DNA of 64,000 bases, taken from NCBI GenBank assembly GCA_036785375.1, contig JAWMAR010000053.1:4526001-4590000 (forward strand), given 5' to 3'. Below are positions 38,301 to 53,300 of the stretch, one piece after another. The notes beneath the pieces were generated by a model, which saw only the letters and a program-made list of their open reading frames with translations, searched no databases and was not told where the DNA came from. Position 1 is the stretch's first letter; every line of letters starts with the position of its first letter. Origin of the DNA: Leucoraja ocellata. Its lineage: Eukaryota. A program made the position numbers and the translations under genes.

Positions 38301-41300
38301 GACAAAAGTAAAAAAATGTTGGTGTTTTATATTATAATCTTGTATCTCACTGGTTTGTGCTTCCTTTTCTTCCAGACGTTCCTGGGCCTATCTTGGATCT
38401 AAAACCTGTAGTTGTTACAAGAAAGATGGTATTACTTAACTGGTCGGAACCTATAGATGATGGTGGTAGTGCTATAATTGGCTATGTTGTTGAAAGAAAG
38501 GATGCTAAAATGCATTCCTGGAGGCAACCTATTGAAACTGAAAAATCCAAATGTGATATTGTCGGTCTTCTTGAAGGACAGGAATATATGTTCCGAATTT
38601 GTGCTAAAAATAAATATGGTTGTGGTCCCACTGACATACTTGGACCAATAGCTGCAGTTGATCCTCTAGGTGAGAGAAATAAAAAGAAAGACTATTAAAT
38701 AATTTCTGGACATTCTGTTACATGTTTGAATTAAACATACTCTTTAATTATAGGTCCACCAACATCACCTGAGACGTTTAGGTATGCTGATAGAACAAAG
38801 TCAACCGTTACACTCACCTGGAAACCTCCAAGAACTGATGGTGGTCGTCCTGTTTTAGGGTACTTTGTTGAAAAGAAAAGACATGATCAGCCTGAATTTG
38901 AGAAAGCTAACAAACAGATTTGTCGAGACACAACTTTTACGGTGGATGATCTTGAGGACTTAAACATGTATGACTTCCGTGTCAGAGCTGTTAATGAAAT
39001 TGGACCAAGTGAACCATCAATTACTCTCAATGTAATAGTGCAAGATGATGAAGGTAACTGCATTCAATTATTATTTTCAGTGCTATTAACCTATTTAAAA
39101 AATATCATGTCAAAAATCATTTTTTCAACTTTGATCAATATTTTTGTTCTTTCATTCATTTATTTTCCCAATAGTGCCTCCAATAGTAAGACTGCTATTA
39201 AGAATGAAGAAAGACGTAATAGCTGTTAAAGTTGGAGAATCAGTTGAAATTCCCGCTGAGGTGGAAGGTCTTCCTTTTCCCAAAATTGAATGGAGCAAAG
39301 GAGAGACTCTTGTGGAAAAATCAACTGACCGACAGAAGATAGATACTGAAGTAGTGTCAAGAACAAATGCATTAACGAAGTTTAGTATTCCTACAACCAT
39401 CAGAAAAGATACAGATACTTACACCATTACTGCTTCAAACCGCCTGGGAACAGCATCTCAAACTGTTAACATAAATATTCTAGGTGAGGAAACACAGCAC
39501 AAGAAAATGTATCAAAATTTATACAAAAATGTGTCCAAATTAATGATGGTGTTAAAGTGTTATTTTGTTTTCCTTTTTCTTAACCATAGATAAACCTTTA
39601 CCTCCAAGGAACCTTAAAGTCTCTGATATTAAAGCTGAATCCTGTTATCTAACTTGGGATGCACCTGAGGACAATGGTGGGAGTGAAATAACTAACTACA
39701 TTGTTGACAAGCGTGATGCTAGCACAAAGAAATCTGAATGGGAGGAGATCACAAAATACATTATTGAAAGACGATATGGGGTAATGTTCTTTTTCATATT
39801 ACTGTATTACAGTTATATATTTAACTACATCTAACAATAATCTAGCAAATGTTATGTATATATAATCAAAGTTTTATCTATTTTAGGTATGGAAACTGAT
39901 AACTGATGGAGAATATCAATTTAGAATCAGAGCAGAGAACAAATATGGAATTAGTGATGGCTGCATGTCTGAAAAAGTGACAATCAAGGATCCATATGGC
40001 CTCCCAGGACCACCAAGTAAACCAAATGTGTCTGATGTTACAAGGTCTTCTATGCTTGTATCTTGGAAATCGCCTCTAGACAATGGGGGTGCTCCAATCA
40101 CTGGTTATTATATAGAGAAGAGAGAAGTAGATGGTGTGTATTGGTCACGTGTCAATAGAGCTCCTCTGACACAGCCAGCTGTGAAAGGCCTGGATTTCAC
40201 TGTCCTCCGCTTATTAGAAGGCGTTGAATATCAGTTCCGAGTGATGGCTGTAAATGCTGCTGGAACTGGACCTCCAAGTGAACCTTCCGATCCAGTTTTG
40301 GCATCCGATCCTAAGTGTAAGTATTAATAAACCTATGTTTATCAGTTATGCATTTCTAATTCTGAGATTTAAAAAAAATAAAAATAAATAAATAACTAAT
40401 TATAAGAACTGAGTGGAGGGGGTAATGAGTGAACACATCCCTGTCCTCAATAATGTAGCTGCTCTAGAGATGGTCAACATCTTCGGGTTCCTAAGCATCC
40501 ATGTCACCAGCAAACTGACTAGGTCTTTTCACACTAATGTGGCGATGAGGAAAACACGTCAGCATATTTACATTCATAGGCATAAGGGTTCTCTTGAACT
40601 TCTACAGATGCACCATGGAAAGTATTCTGAGGGGGTGCAATCTATCCTGCTCTGGCAACTGCTCTGCTCTTGACCACTTGAACCTGCAGAGAATGGTGAA
40701 CACAGTCCAGTCCATCACATGTTCATTGTTTCCTTACATAATTAGTCCATCTTCAAAATCGTTGCATCAGGAAGGCTGGAAGTATTGTGAAGGATGCCTG
40801 CCACCCTGCCCATTTCCTTTTCACTCTACCTTCTGGGGGGAAATATATCAGCTTTAAAGCCTCGTCATCCAGACTTCAAAACAGTTTCTTCCCCGCTACT
40901 ATCAGGCAGCTGAACCAATCATCTCTCTCACTCACATTTCCAGGGGTGCTGCTTTGTACTCTTACATTTACTTCTACCTCATTCATTCTACTTTGGTACA
41001 TTATTCGGCTTGACTTCAGATCGCATTACAATCTTTCCATCATTCTCCTGCAATGCATTTTTTGTGGTATTTATTGTTGTCTCTATCATTATCCTTAGCT
41101 TCATGTGAACAAGGAATTTCATTACACCCTGATGTATAGGACAAAAAACTAATCCGAATCTGGAACTTTTCCTAAAATCAGAATTGCCTTAAATAATCCA
41201 CATACACTCATAAATTAAAGGCTGATATTTTAATTATCAAATAATATGTACCATAATGTAGATTATTTTATTTTATTGCTCTTATTTAAGCTATCAAATT

Positions 41301-44300
41301 GTTTTCATTCATACTACCAAAAAATGGACATTGGCATATGCATCACATGTTCTGTTTCTCCCCCAAAGATCCTCCAGGTGCTCCCTCCTGTCCTGAAGTC
41401 ACTGACAAAACTAAAAATACTATAAAGCTTGCATGGAAATCCCCAGAAAAGGATGGCCACAGCCCAATTCAAGGTTATATTGTCGAGATGCAGGAAGAAG
41501 GTTCACCTGATTGGAAAAGAGCATCAGAGCCAGATAAATTAATTCCTAAATGTGAATATGAAGTGCCCAATTTACAAACACTCAAGAAATACAGGTTCCG
41601 GATTAAAGCTGTTAATGCTGTAGGAGAATCTGAACCAAGTTTATCCACTTCAGAAATAATTATGAAGGAAACACTAGGTAAGCACTTTTAGATTCTTACG
41701 ACTGTTCAAATGTACATTTTGTTGGACATCCCAACATATTTTTCTTTGTGATTTGCAGAGGAACCCGATATCACATTGGATGTTGGTGCACAAGACTTCC
41801 TTAGTTGTCTTGCAGGACCGCCTTTGAGAATCCCAGCTATTGTAACAGGCCGTCCTTTTCCAAAGATCAGTTGGGAATTTGAAGGACCAACTAAAACAGT
41901 TATCAAGGTAAAAATATTTGAATTATATGTAAGTGCAATCATTTAGGTTTCCTGAATAGACTGGGAGCCATCTAATTTCTATATCCTTTGGATATATGAG
42001 GGATGTGCTCCAGGATATTATGATAGGGAAATAACAAAAGGTAATGTATTGCTCCAATTATTTAAATGTATCCAAAGGTTAATTTTCCTCCTTATGGAAT
42101 CTTCAGAATGTAACACATTCCCAAAACAAAAATAAATATCAATCTGATCACCCTGTATCATTTAATCCAAATATGTAATGGTAGGAATTGATTAGAAGTC
42201 AAAAGTAATTATATTAACATGTCTTCAACATATTAGATCAAATTTTTAAAGCTTAATTCTAGAATCAGTTACAGCCCAAAGCATGAATGTTGTTTTCTGT
42301 AGTTTGTACTACATAATCACCAATTGTTCAACATTTGGAAGACTAATTAATTAGGGCCCCCAGCTGGCATTCTGGTAGAAAGAAACCTCAAAAATGTTCA
42401 CTTGCCACAAATAGAACAATCCCAATTGGTTCTCTCACAATAAGATGCACACTCAGTAAAATCATCTTACTCTCAGCAGATCATTGTCTTCTGGGATTAA
42501 TGTCATGGTGGATTATTTAAGGATACTTTATCTGAGGGTGGGAAAAATATGAGTCTTAAATTAGCAATCTACCAATAAAAGTTGTATTTTAATGAAACTG
42601 TGACCTGTTTTCCCCCAAAGTATGTTAACAAAAGTGCTTCTGTTTAAACAGATTGGAAATGTTGACTTGCTAAGCAGCTCAGGTCAAATTTTGCTCGATT
42701 TTGTTAGGTCTGGATGCCAAACTAAATTCGACATTCGGCCTCATTGAAATAGATGAGGTGATTCTGTGCCATTGTGGTATTTTAATGCACCAGGCCTCTC
42801 ATGAAATCCAGATAGCGCCAATGATGAGTTAGCTCAAATAAATTGGTAAAGGGAGTGCAGGTGAACGTGTGTGGGAAAATCTGGATATGTGATAATCAGC
42901 AGTAATTATGTGAAGCACTTCACACAAAAATTAGAACTTAATATTTTCTGAGAAAGTTTTTTTTTTTTAATTGGCTCTGCACGGCCTTTATGGAACACTA
43001 TTTGGGCTATTCAGCACTTGATAAAGCTGAATGGTGCCAGAACCCAATCAGCAAAGTAAAGCAGGCTTTTTTCCTATTTTTGGAAGCCAGGGCATTGACT
43101 CATTTAGAATCCTACATGAATATAATATCACAAGATTCTTAGCTATCAGAATCACAGCTGATTGGCTCCCGTCCATTTCTACCTCATTGATACTCTGTTT
43201 TTCAGCACATAGCATTCAGTAATAAAATGCATTTTTCACTCATTGACCACAAAGAGAAATGTAGTTTGTTAAAGAGTTTCACAGCACAGGAACTGGTACT
43301 TTGGTTCACCACATCCGTGCTGACCTTTTTGCCTACATGCACTAATTTCATTTGTCCACATAAGGCTCATAATCCTTTTATGCCTTGGCTGTTTAAGTTC
43401 CTGTCTAAGTATCTCTTAAATTGTGATTGTATCTGAATCCACTGCAGTTGTAACTTCAGTAAGATTAGCATAACCTAGAACAAAATACTGAAAAGATAAT
43501 CTTCAGATGTCTTTTTTCTGGAGCATCGCATGGAGGTCCACATATATCACTTCTGGCAAAAGTTCTCTGCCAAAAGAGGATTGTAACCAAGTAATAGACC
43601 ATCCATTCTCAATGGTTATTTTCTAGGAATTTCTCTGGGTCCTTCATATTTAAACTTCTCATTAAAATAAAATTTACATTTTATGACAAGCCAGCATGAG
43701 AGCAAGCTGCCCCATTTTAGATGAGAAGTTTGAATTACATTGGTGCTAATAGAAACATAGAAACATAGAAATTAGGTGCAGGAGTAGGCCATTCGGCCCT
43801 TCGAGCCTGCACCGCCATTCAATATGATCATGGCTGATCATCCAACTCAGTATCCCGTACCTGCCTTCTCTCCATACCCCCTGATCCCCTTAGCCACAAG
43901 GGCCACATCTAACTCCCTCTTAAATATAGCCAATGAACTGGCCTCAACTACCCTCTGTGGCAGAGAGTTCCAGAGATTCACCACTCTCTGTGTGAAAAAA
44001 GTTCTTCTCATCTCGGTTTTAAAGGATTTCCCCCTTATCCTTAAGCTGTGACCCCTTGTCCTGGACTTCCCTAACATCGGGAACAATCTTCCTGCATCTA
44101 GCCTGTCGAACCCCTTAAGAATTTTGTAAGTTTCTATAAGATCCCCTCTCAATCTTCTAAATTCTAGAGAGTATAAACCAAGTCTATCCAGTCTTTCTTC
44201 ATAAGACAGTCCTGACATCCCAGGAATCAGTCTGGTGAACCGTCTCTGCACTCCCTCTATGGCAATAATGTCCTTCCTCAGATTTGGAGACCAAAACTGT

Positions 44301-47300
44301 ACGCAATACTCCAGGTGTGGTCTCACCAAGACCCTGTACAACTGCAGTAGAACCTCCCTGCTCCTATACTCAAATCCTTTTGCAATGAAAGCTAACATAC
44401 CATTCGCTTTCTTTACTGCCTGCTGCACCTGCATGCCTACCTTCAATGACTGGTGTACCATGACACCCAGGTCTCGCTGCATCTCCCCCTTTCCCAATCG
44501 GCCACCATTTAGATAATAGTCTGCTTTCCCGTTTTTGCCACCAAAATGGATAACCTCACATTTATCACATAATGTTTTGACAGATCTGTGCAGTTAACAC
44601 AACTGATTCATCTTCAATCAGTTAGGTTGTGTTATGTATGATGTTAGGTTTAGATCAGCATCAAGACAATATAAAATGATGCCACATACACCATGGGTAT
44701 AACAACATCCAGCATGACATAATGGCACAGGAATTCAGGGCAAGCGTAACGTGAAATCTTCATCTAAACAAATTTAGATTAAGCAAAACTTGTAACAATT
44801 GATATTTTACTCTTTATAGGATGAAGTGCATAGAGTACCAGCTGATGCTCAGGTAATAACATGATTTATGATATATGAAAGTCTCATATATGAAATTGCA
44901 AAAATGATATTTGCATTTTACTGGATTATAATTCTTCCCTTTGCCTTTTATAGGTTGAATGTGCAGATACTAAGACAGCTGTGATTATTCCAGCATGCAA
45001 TAGAACCCACTCTGGTCGATACAGTATTACTGCTAAGAACAAGGCTGGTCAAAAGACATTACATGTCAGAGTAAATGTTCTTGGTATGTAATTGTTTTCT
45101 TCAATTTATTTGAAATAGAATGAATTGCAGTAGTTTGATATGATTCTTAAATTTTCTTTTACATGTAATAGATATGCCAGGACCACCAAAAGATCTCAAA
45201 GTGACTGATATTACAAGGAGTTCCTGCAGACTTTCATGGAAGGCTCCAGACAATGATGGTGGAGACAGAATTAAATGTTACTTTATAGAGAAAAAGACTG
45301 TGGAAGGAAAGGCTTGGGTAAAAGTTAATACTTCCTGTTTAGGCACATCATATCTTGTGCCTGATCTTATTGATGGGCAGGAATATTTCTTCCGTGTCCG
45401 TGCAGAAAACCGATTTGGCGTAGGTCCACCCGTGGAAACTATTCAGAGGACTAGAGCGAGAGATCCAATTCGTAAGTTTCTGGTTTATAATATACACTAA
45501 TATATTTCAGATATCCGCACAACTTCAGTTAGCCATTTTTTAACTAATTTACTTTTATACTTCAGATCCTCCTGAGCCACCAACAAAACTCAAAGTTGCT
45601 TTGATTACCAAGAACACAGTTTCACTTACTTGGAGACCTCCAAAGAATGACGGTGGGTCTCCAGTAACACATTACATTATTGAAAGTCTTGCCGTGGATC
45701 CAACGGGACAAAAGAAGGAATCCTGGAAAAAGTGCAATAGACGTGATGTGGAAGAAACCAAGTTTACAGTAGAAGATCTCACTGAGGGTGGCGAGTATGA
45801 ATTCCGTGTAAAAGCAGTTAATGAGGCTGGCATCAGTAAACCATGTAACTCTGTTGGGCCTATAATTGTGAAAGACCAGACATGTAAGTATTTACATAAT
45901 TACATCATAACAGACCAATGTGAATATAGTGAATTCAAAATATAAATGTTTCTAAACCACAATTAATATTTTCACGTCTAGGTCCACCTGCAATTGAACT
46001 TAAAGAATTCTTAGAGGCAGAACAGCATACAGACATTAACATCATTGCCAAAGTGAAGGGCACACCATTCCCAACATTGACTTGGTACAAAGCACCTGTC
46101 AATAAACCAGAAGAAAAATCTAAAGTAGAATACGATCAGCATGTCAACAAAATTGTGACTGAGGATGGTTGCACTCTACTTATTCATCAGTCTCTTCGGA
46201 AGGACACTGGTCTTTATACTCTCACTGCCACAAACAGCTTGGGAACTGATTCTAAGGAAATGAGACTCAATGTTCTAGGTAATTTTTATATTATTTCCAT
46301 AAATTCTTCATTTTGTTTATGCATTCCTGTCATTTTACTATAAACTATAGTTTTTGTTTCTTATTGAATAGGACACCCTGGTCCTCCATTGGGTCCAATT
46401 AAATTTGAGGGAATTAGTGCTGAGAAAATGACTCTTTCATGGCTACCTCCAAAAGATGATGGCGGCTCCAAGATCACCAACTACGTTATTCAGAAAAGAG
46501 AAGCAAGTAGGAAGTCTTGGATTCAAGTTACCAGCGATGTTAAGGAGTGCATGTGCGAAGTCCCCAAGTTATTGGAAGGACACGAATATGTATTCCGCAT
46601 TATGGCTCAGAATAAATATGGTATTGGTGAACCACTTGACAGCGAACCGGAGACAGCAAGAAATTTGTTTAGTATGTATCAAAATAATTTTTCCTACAAT
46701 TTTTATACTTTGATCTTGCTAACATTATATGTATATCCAATATTATCCAATTTTATGGACGTAAAATTGTTTAGTGGTATTTTCTAAGTTCTCAGTTTAG
46801 TGGTATTTCTGTTCAAATTTTAACAAACAATTGCAGGGTGTCTAATTGTGATCACTCTAACAAATATAATCTGTTTTTTTATGCATATTTCCTAAAATAT
46901 CTTATAAAGTTAAATTTTCTAAATTTGACTTCAGGATTACTACCTTGTATATTAAAACATATATTTTTTAACAGCTGTACCTGGAGCTTGTGACAAGCCA
47001 ACTGTGGGTGGTGTGAAACGTGAAAGCATGATAGTCAATTGGGAAGAACCAGAATATGATGGTGGCTCTCCAGTAACTGGCTACTGGTTAGAGCGTAAAG
47101 ATACCTCTGGAAAGAGGTGGAACAGGGTAAATCGCGATCCAATTAGGATTATGCCACTTGGAGTATCCCATCAAGTAACTGACCTTATAGAAGGCTCATT
47201 TTATCAGTTCCGTGTGTTTGCCATCAATGCAGCAGGTGTTGGGCCTCCAAGCATACCTTCCGACCCAATAATGGCAAGAGATCCAATAGGTGAGCATTTT

Positions 47301-50300
47301 TATTTATGATTGGTATTTTGAAATTTTTATATACTGCATGCACAATTTCTTTTGGAGATTGAAACACATTTGCAACTGTTTAAACAATTCTATGGTAAAT
47401 GGAACCTAATTGTCTTTTGTAATGCTAGCAGCCCTTTAGAAATTCATGGCCATATTGCAAGCAGTGCTTTTTATGAATGTAAAGCAAACATAGCAATACA
47501 TTAATAAATATTGAATAGTAATGACTAAATGTCTTACGAATCCAGTTTTAAATCTTAAGTTTGCTGATGCGCATAACTTTTCTTTTTTTTAAAAACAGCA
47601 CCACCTGGTCCTCCGTTTCCTAAGGTGACAGACTGGACTAGGTCAACTGTAGATCTTGAATGGGCTCCACCGACAAAAGATGGTGGATCCAGAATCACTG
47701 GCTATTTTGTTGAATTTAAGGAGGAAGGAAAGGAAGAGTGGGAGAAGGTAAATTAAAATGAATGTATTACATTTTTTTAGACATGGATGTGATCTAATTT
47801 TCGCTTTCTCCGGCCCCACCACCACTTGCCCCATCCTTGTCCAGTTCTTAATTCTTCCTATGCCAGGCAGCTGTTGTGCATAACCATGACAGTCTGCCTT
47901 GGAGTGTCCTTGGAGTGTCTAAACATTGACAGCCAAATCATTAAAATGGTTCAGTCTCAATGCCAATGCAATTCTGCCCAATGACCTGGTCTTAAAACAA
48001 TGGTAAAAGCAAACATGCAGCCTGAGCCGCTCACGCCTGCAATAAAAGTTTTGCCTTTAGAATGAGAACATCAGCTTTAAATTCAATCTTCTGAAAGGCC
48101 TTTGAAACAAAAAAAAACTTTTTACCATGTTTTGGGCCATCTTATACCTTTTGCTTCTGTTATCCCCTCCCATATCCAAAGGCACAGAATCGATGTCCAC
48201 TGATTATATCTCCACTTATCCCTGTAGATGGTTCTTTTTGAGGACAATGACTAAAATTAGCTTTAATGTGTATTGTAGACTTTAGTCTGCACCTTTTAAA
48301 CACTGCCCTCATTAAATCCTTCAAACAAAATCAGAAATGTCAAAGCAATGTGAAAAACTTTAAAAGGTTAGCCAGGTTTTTCTTTCCATCTGCCATTTAC
48401 CTATTATGGAAGAATGATGCTTGCCTGCTTTCATTTAAACTGAAACAATGTTTCACAATTTTGGCTTATGCATTATATCCTTTTCTCCTGGTTCTTTACA
48501 GGTTAAAGACAAGGAAATTAGAGGCACAAAGTTTGTTGTTCCAGGATTGAAAGAGGGAAGCTTGTACCGATTCAGGGTAAGGGCAGTAAATGCTGCTGGT
48601 GTTGGTGATCCAGGAGAGGTTTCTGATGCCATTGAAGTCAAGGATAGACAAGGTGAAAAAAATGAATTTTATATATTTAAATTAATTGTATTTCTTTTAT
48701 CTAAGTACCTCACTTTGGCAATATTAAATATCTGAAATTGTACTTTTGTATTCTAGTTCTTCCAGATATTAGCTTGGACGCCAGCATGAGAGACAAAATT
48801 GTGGTGCATGCAGGTGGTGTCATTCGTATGTTGGCATATGTATCAGGCAAACCAGCTCCAGAGATCACTTGGAGGAAGGATGATGATAAGCCAATCCCAG
48901 AAGAAGCTGCAATTGAAACCACGGTGATCAGTTCTGCTCTTGTTATAAAGAATTGTCAGCGCAAGCATCAAGGAGTATACAATCTTATTGCTAAGAATGC
49001 AGGAGGCGAAAGAAGAAAAACCATTATTGTTGAAGTTTTGGGTAAATATTGTTCACTGATTTTGCACAATGCAATCTTTTGTTTTTCCAAGAACATGAAA
49101 AAACATTTTAATTTTAATTTTAATTACAGATGTTCCTGGGCCAGTTGGTGAACCTTTCCGCTGTGAAAACCTGACAAGAGATTCTTGCAAATTAACATGG
49201 TTCTTTCCAGAAGATGATGGTGGTTCTGCTATCACCAATTATATCATCGAGAAGCGTGAAGTTGAACGTCGTGGCTGGTCACCTGTCTCATACACAGTCA
49301 CTAGACAGAATGCTGTTGTCCAGGGTCTGATAATGGGAAACGCTTATTTCTTTAGAATTGCAGCCGAAAATATGATCGGCATGGGCCCATGGGTGCCGAC
49401 AAAACAAGAAATTGTAGTTAAAGAGCCAATGTGTAAGTAACATTTTTAGTTTCAAGATTTCCCATTTTCAGATATCAAATAAATCTATTTTAGTCACTGA
49501 ATACACTAAATGTTCTATGTTTCTAACTTGTAGCTGTTCCTGAACGTCCTGAAGATCTTGAAGTGACAGCAGTTACAAAACAATCAGTTAGCTTGAAATG
49601 GAAGCCTCCAAAGTATGACGGTGGCTCAGACATTACAATGTACACTCTTGAGAGTCGTTTAATTGGTAAAGAGAAGTTCACCAAAGTTACTAAAGAGAAA
49701 TTATTAGATCGAATGTTCACGCATAGTGGCTTAAAAGAAGGTGATACGTATGAGTATCGCGTCAGTGCAATAAATGCTGTTGGACAAGGCAAACCTTCAT
49801 TCTGTACAAAACCAATAGCTTGCAGGGATCAGCTTGGTAAGATTAATTCCAGATATGTTTTAAATTCAAAATTTACGTTATATTTTTCAACATGGCAATA
49901 ATAGTGTGTTATTATTTTTAGAACCACCAACACTTGAATTGGATTTCCGTGACAAGTTTATTGTGCGTGTCGGTGAATCTTTCTGCTTGACAGGAAAGTA
50001 TAAAGGGAAACCAACACCCAAAGTTTCTTGGTTTAAGGATAATGAACCAGTTGAAGAGACAAAATGCTTAAAAATTAATACAACTCCATCAAAGCTATGC
50101 CTCAAATTTCTGAAAGGTGTTCGTGCTGATTCGGGGAAATACTGTGTGGCTTTGGAGAATAGCACAGGGGCACGAAAGGGTCTGTGTCAACTGATTGTAG
50201 TTGGTAAGTTAACTATTTCTAACCTTTTTCAGATTGAATTATTGTAATATTGAACTATAATGCAGGATTAAACCAAATGTGACATTTTTCAGATCGCCCG

Positions 50301-53300
50301 CAACCTCCAGTTGGTCCGGTTGTTTTCAATGAAGTTCACAGAGATCACATGGATATTTCCTGGAATCCTCCACTTGATGATGGAGGCAGTGCAATCACTA
50401 ATTATATTGTTGAAAAGAGAGATACAAATCGAGAGATCTGGATGACTGTTACTTCATCAACCACAAAGACAACTTGCAAGGTTCCAAAATTAATTGAGGG
50501 GCGAGAGTATATTATTCGTATCTATGCAGAAAACATGTATGGAATCAGTGAGCCATTGCTTTCAGAAGAAGTTAAAGCTAAAGATCGTTACAGTAAGTAC
50601 TAGACATCATAATTTTCTAATAGATTAAACAGAAGACAAAAAAAAGCAAATACTGATCCAGAAGGTTAATATGCATGGGCTAGCCTACCCATCGAAAATA
50701 GAGGGTAGTAGTGAAAGGATGTTATTCTGGCTTGAAGTCCATAACCACTGGTGATCCCCAAGAAACCGTGCTGGGATCTTTGTTGTTTATAAAGGATTGA
50801 ACATAAATGTAGATAGGCTATTTATTAAATTTGCAGATGACACTAAAATGTGTGGAGTTGCGGACAATGAGGAAGGTTGTCAAATGATACAGAAGGATAT
50901 AGATCAATTACATAAATGGAAAAGGAAATGGTAAATGGAAATGGAAAATGGAAATGGTGAATGAATTACGCAAGCATGAGATATTGCACTTTGGGAGGTC
51001 GAATGGAATGGTGAAAGTATACAGTTAATGTCTAGTCCATTAGCATTGATGTACTAAGGGATCTTGGTGTCAAAGTCAGATATTTTGCTCTTTGCACTTG
51101 CTGTTATACTTGTGTATGACTTGATTGTACTCATGTTTAGTATGATTTGATTTGACTGAATAGCATGCAAACAAAAAAAATCACTGTATCCAGGTACAGG
51201 TGTTGATAATAAATCTATATCAATATCAATACCGAAGTCCATAACCCCCTGAAAGTGACAACATAAGTAGATAGAGTGATAGAAAAGGTATATGGTATGC
51301 TTGCCTTCATCAGTGAGGACATTAAGTGTAACAGTCAGAAGTCGAGTTACAGCTTTATAAAACTTTGATTAGGCTACATTTGGATCATTATGTGCAGATC
51401 TGGTCTTCCCATTATATGAAAGATGTGGAGGCTTTGGAAAGAATCCCGAGGAGGTTTATCAGAATGCTGCCTGATTTAGACTTTAGTGGTGGATGGCTGG
51501 AATGCACTGCCAGGGTTGGTGGTGGAATACAATACTAGGATTTAAGAAGCTTTTAAATAAGCACATGGATATGGAGGGTTAAGACTTTGCCTCCATCACA
51601 GTGAGGATGTGCTTGGTGAACTCACTGTGGTGGATGTTTAATTTGTGTTTATTGTATGTTTTGTTATTATTGATTCTGTGTATGACTGCAGGCAACATAA
51701 TTTCGTTCAGACCGAAAGGTCTGAATGACAATAAAGGATTTATCTATCTTATGGATCACATGTGGGCAGAGGGGATTATTTTAACTTGACATCGCTCGGC
51801 CCAGACATTGTGAGCTGAAGTGTCTGTTGCTGTGCTGCACTGTTCTATGTTCTAAGAAAAACAAATTAAAAGTCTGGTGTGTTTTTAACTTTTGTTACCT
51901 GGATTATGGCAATTTCTATTAAAATAAAATGTTATTTACGTGTGATAACAGCAAGTGTGTCTTGTCCCCTCTGTTATTAATGTGTGTAGCAGTAAGGAAT
52001 CCTGGTTATTAATTTAATTATTTTTTTTCTCTGCAGGGGTTCCAGAAGCACCAGAACAACCAGTTGTAAAAAATATTAAGAAAGATTCTGCTCTGGTGGT
52101 TTGGAATAGACCACGGGATGGTGGCAAGCCTATCATTAAATACATTGTAGAAAAGAAAGAAACTATGTCCCATCGATGGTTGAAAGTATCCAAAGAGCCA
52201 ATTTACCCAGATACTCAGTTCACTGTGACTGATCTCCTTGAAGGCTGTGAATACGAATTCCGTGTGTCAGCAGAAAATGAAATCGGAGTTGGTGATCCGA
52301 GCCCACCATCTAAACCCTTCTTTGCAAAAGATCCAATAGGTACATACAATTTATCGCCATGTCTTTCTTTTAAAAATAATCACTTGATGTATTTGCAAGA
52401 CATATTATGACCACTCTTTTACTCTTCATTCAGTTAAGCCAAGCCCACCTATTACTCCTCAAGCAGTAGATAAAACTAAATCTACCATCGATTTATCTTG
52501 GCAACCTCCTCGCCATAATGGTGGAGGCAAAATACTGGGATATTTAGTGGAATACCAGAAAGTTGGTGATGAAGAGTGGAAGAAAGCTAATCAAACACCA
52601 GATTCCTGTCCTGACACTAATTTTAAGGTGTCGGGTGTTACTGAAGGTGATATGTACAAATTCCGGATTCTAGCAGTCAATCAAGCTGGTGAATCAGATC
52701 CAGCTTATGTTCATGATCCTGTTCAAGCAAAAGACAGACTTGGTAAGTGATTTATATGATTGCCATGTGAATCATTCCACATTGAAAAGTTTTGCTATTA
52801 ATCCTAATGTGTGCTATTACTGTGTACACGTAAAACTTTCTTATTTCCTTTACAGAGGCTCCTGAATTATTTGTAGATGCCAACATGACTCGAGCTGTAA
52901 ACATAAAAGCAGGAACCATTTTAACCCTCAGTGCAACCATAAAAGGAATGCCGATTCCAAAGGTCGCATGGAAAAAGAACGACAAGGAAGTACCACTTAA
53001 AGCTGATATTGAACGTACCGCAGTCAGTAGCAAGCTTGAAATCCTTAATACCACCAGAGATGACAGTGGATGTTATTCATTAACTGTTGAAAATGAAGCT
53101 GGAAGCAAGACTGCTGCTTGTATTGTTACTATATTAGGTAAAATGAATGGAACATGAGATTTATTGGAACATTTTTAATCAACTTGTTTTGTCCAGTAAT
53201 TAAAATAATAGGAAACTGTTAATCTTTTTCAGATAAACCTGGTCCGCCACGTAACTTAAATATTAATGAAGTTAGAAGTGATTCCTGCTATCTGACATGG

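Noticed and set aside
43847-44497. 216-aa ORF as a host gene
   Set aside because: C-terminus of CR1 ORF2; 5'-truncated and lacking the RT core.
50926-50958. (AAATGG)n-like run and other small tandem duplications (37068-37118, 46769-46810, 47897-47920)
   Set aside because: Ordinary slippage products with no sign of function.
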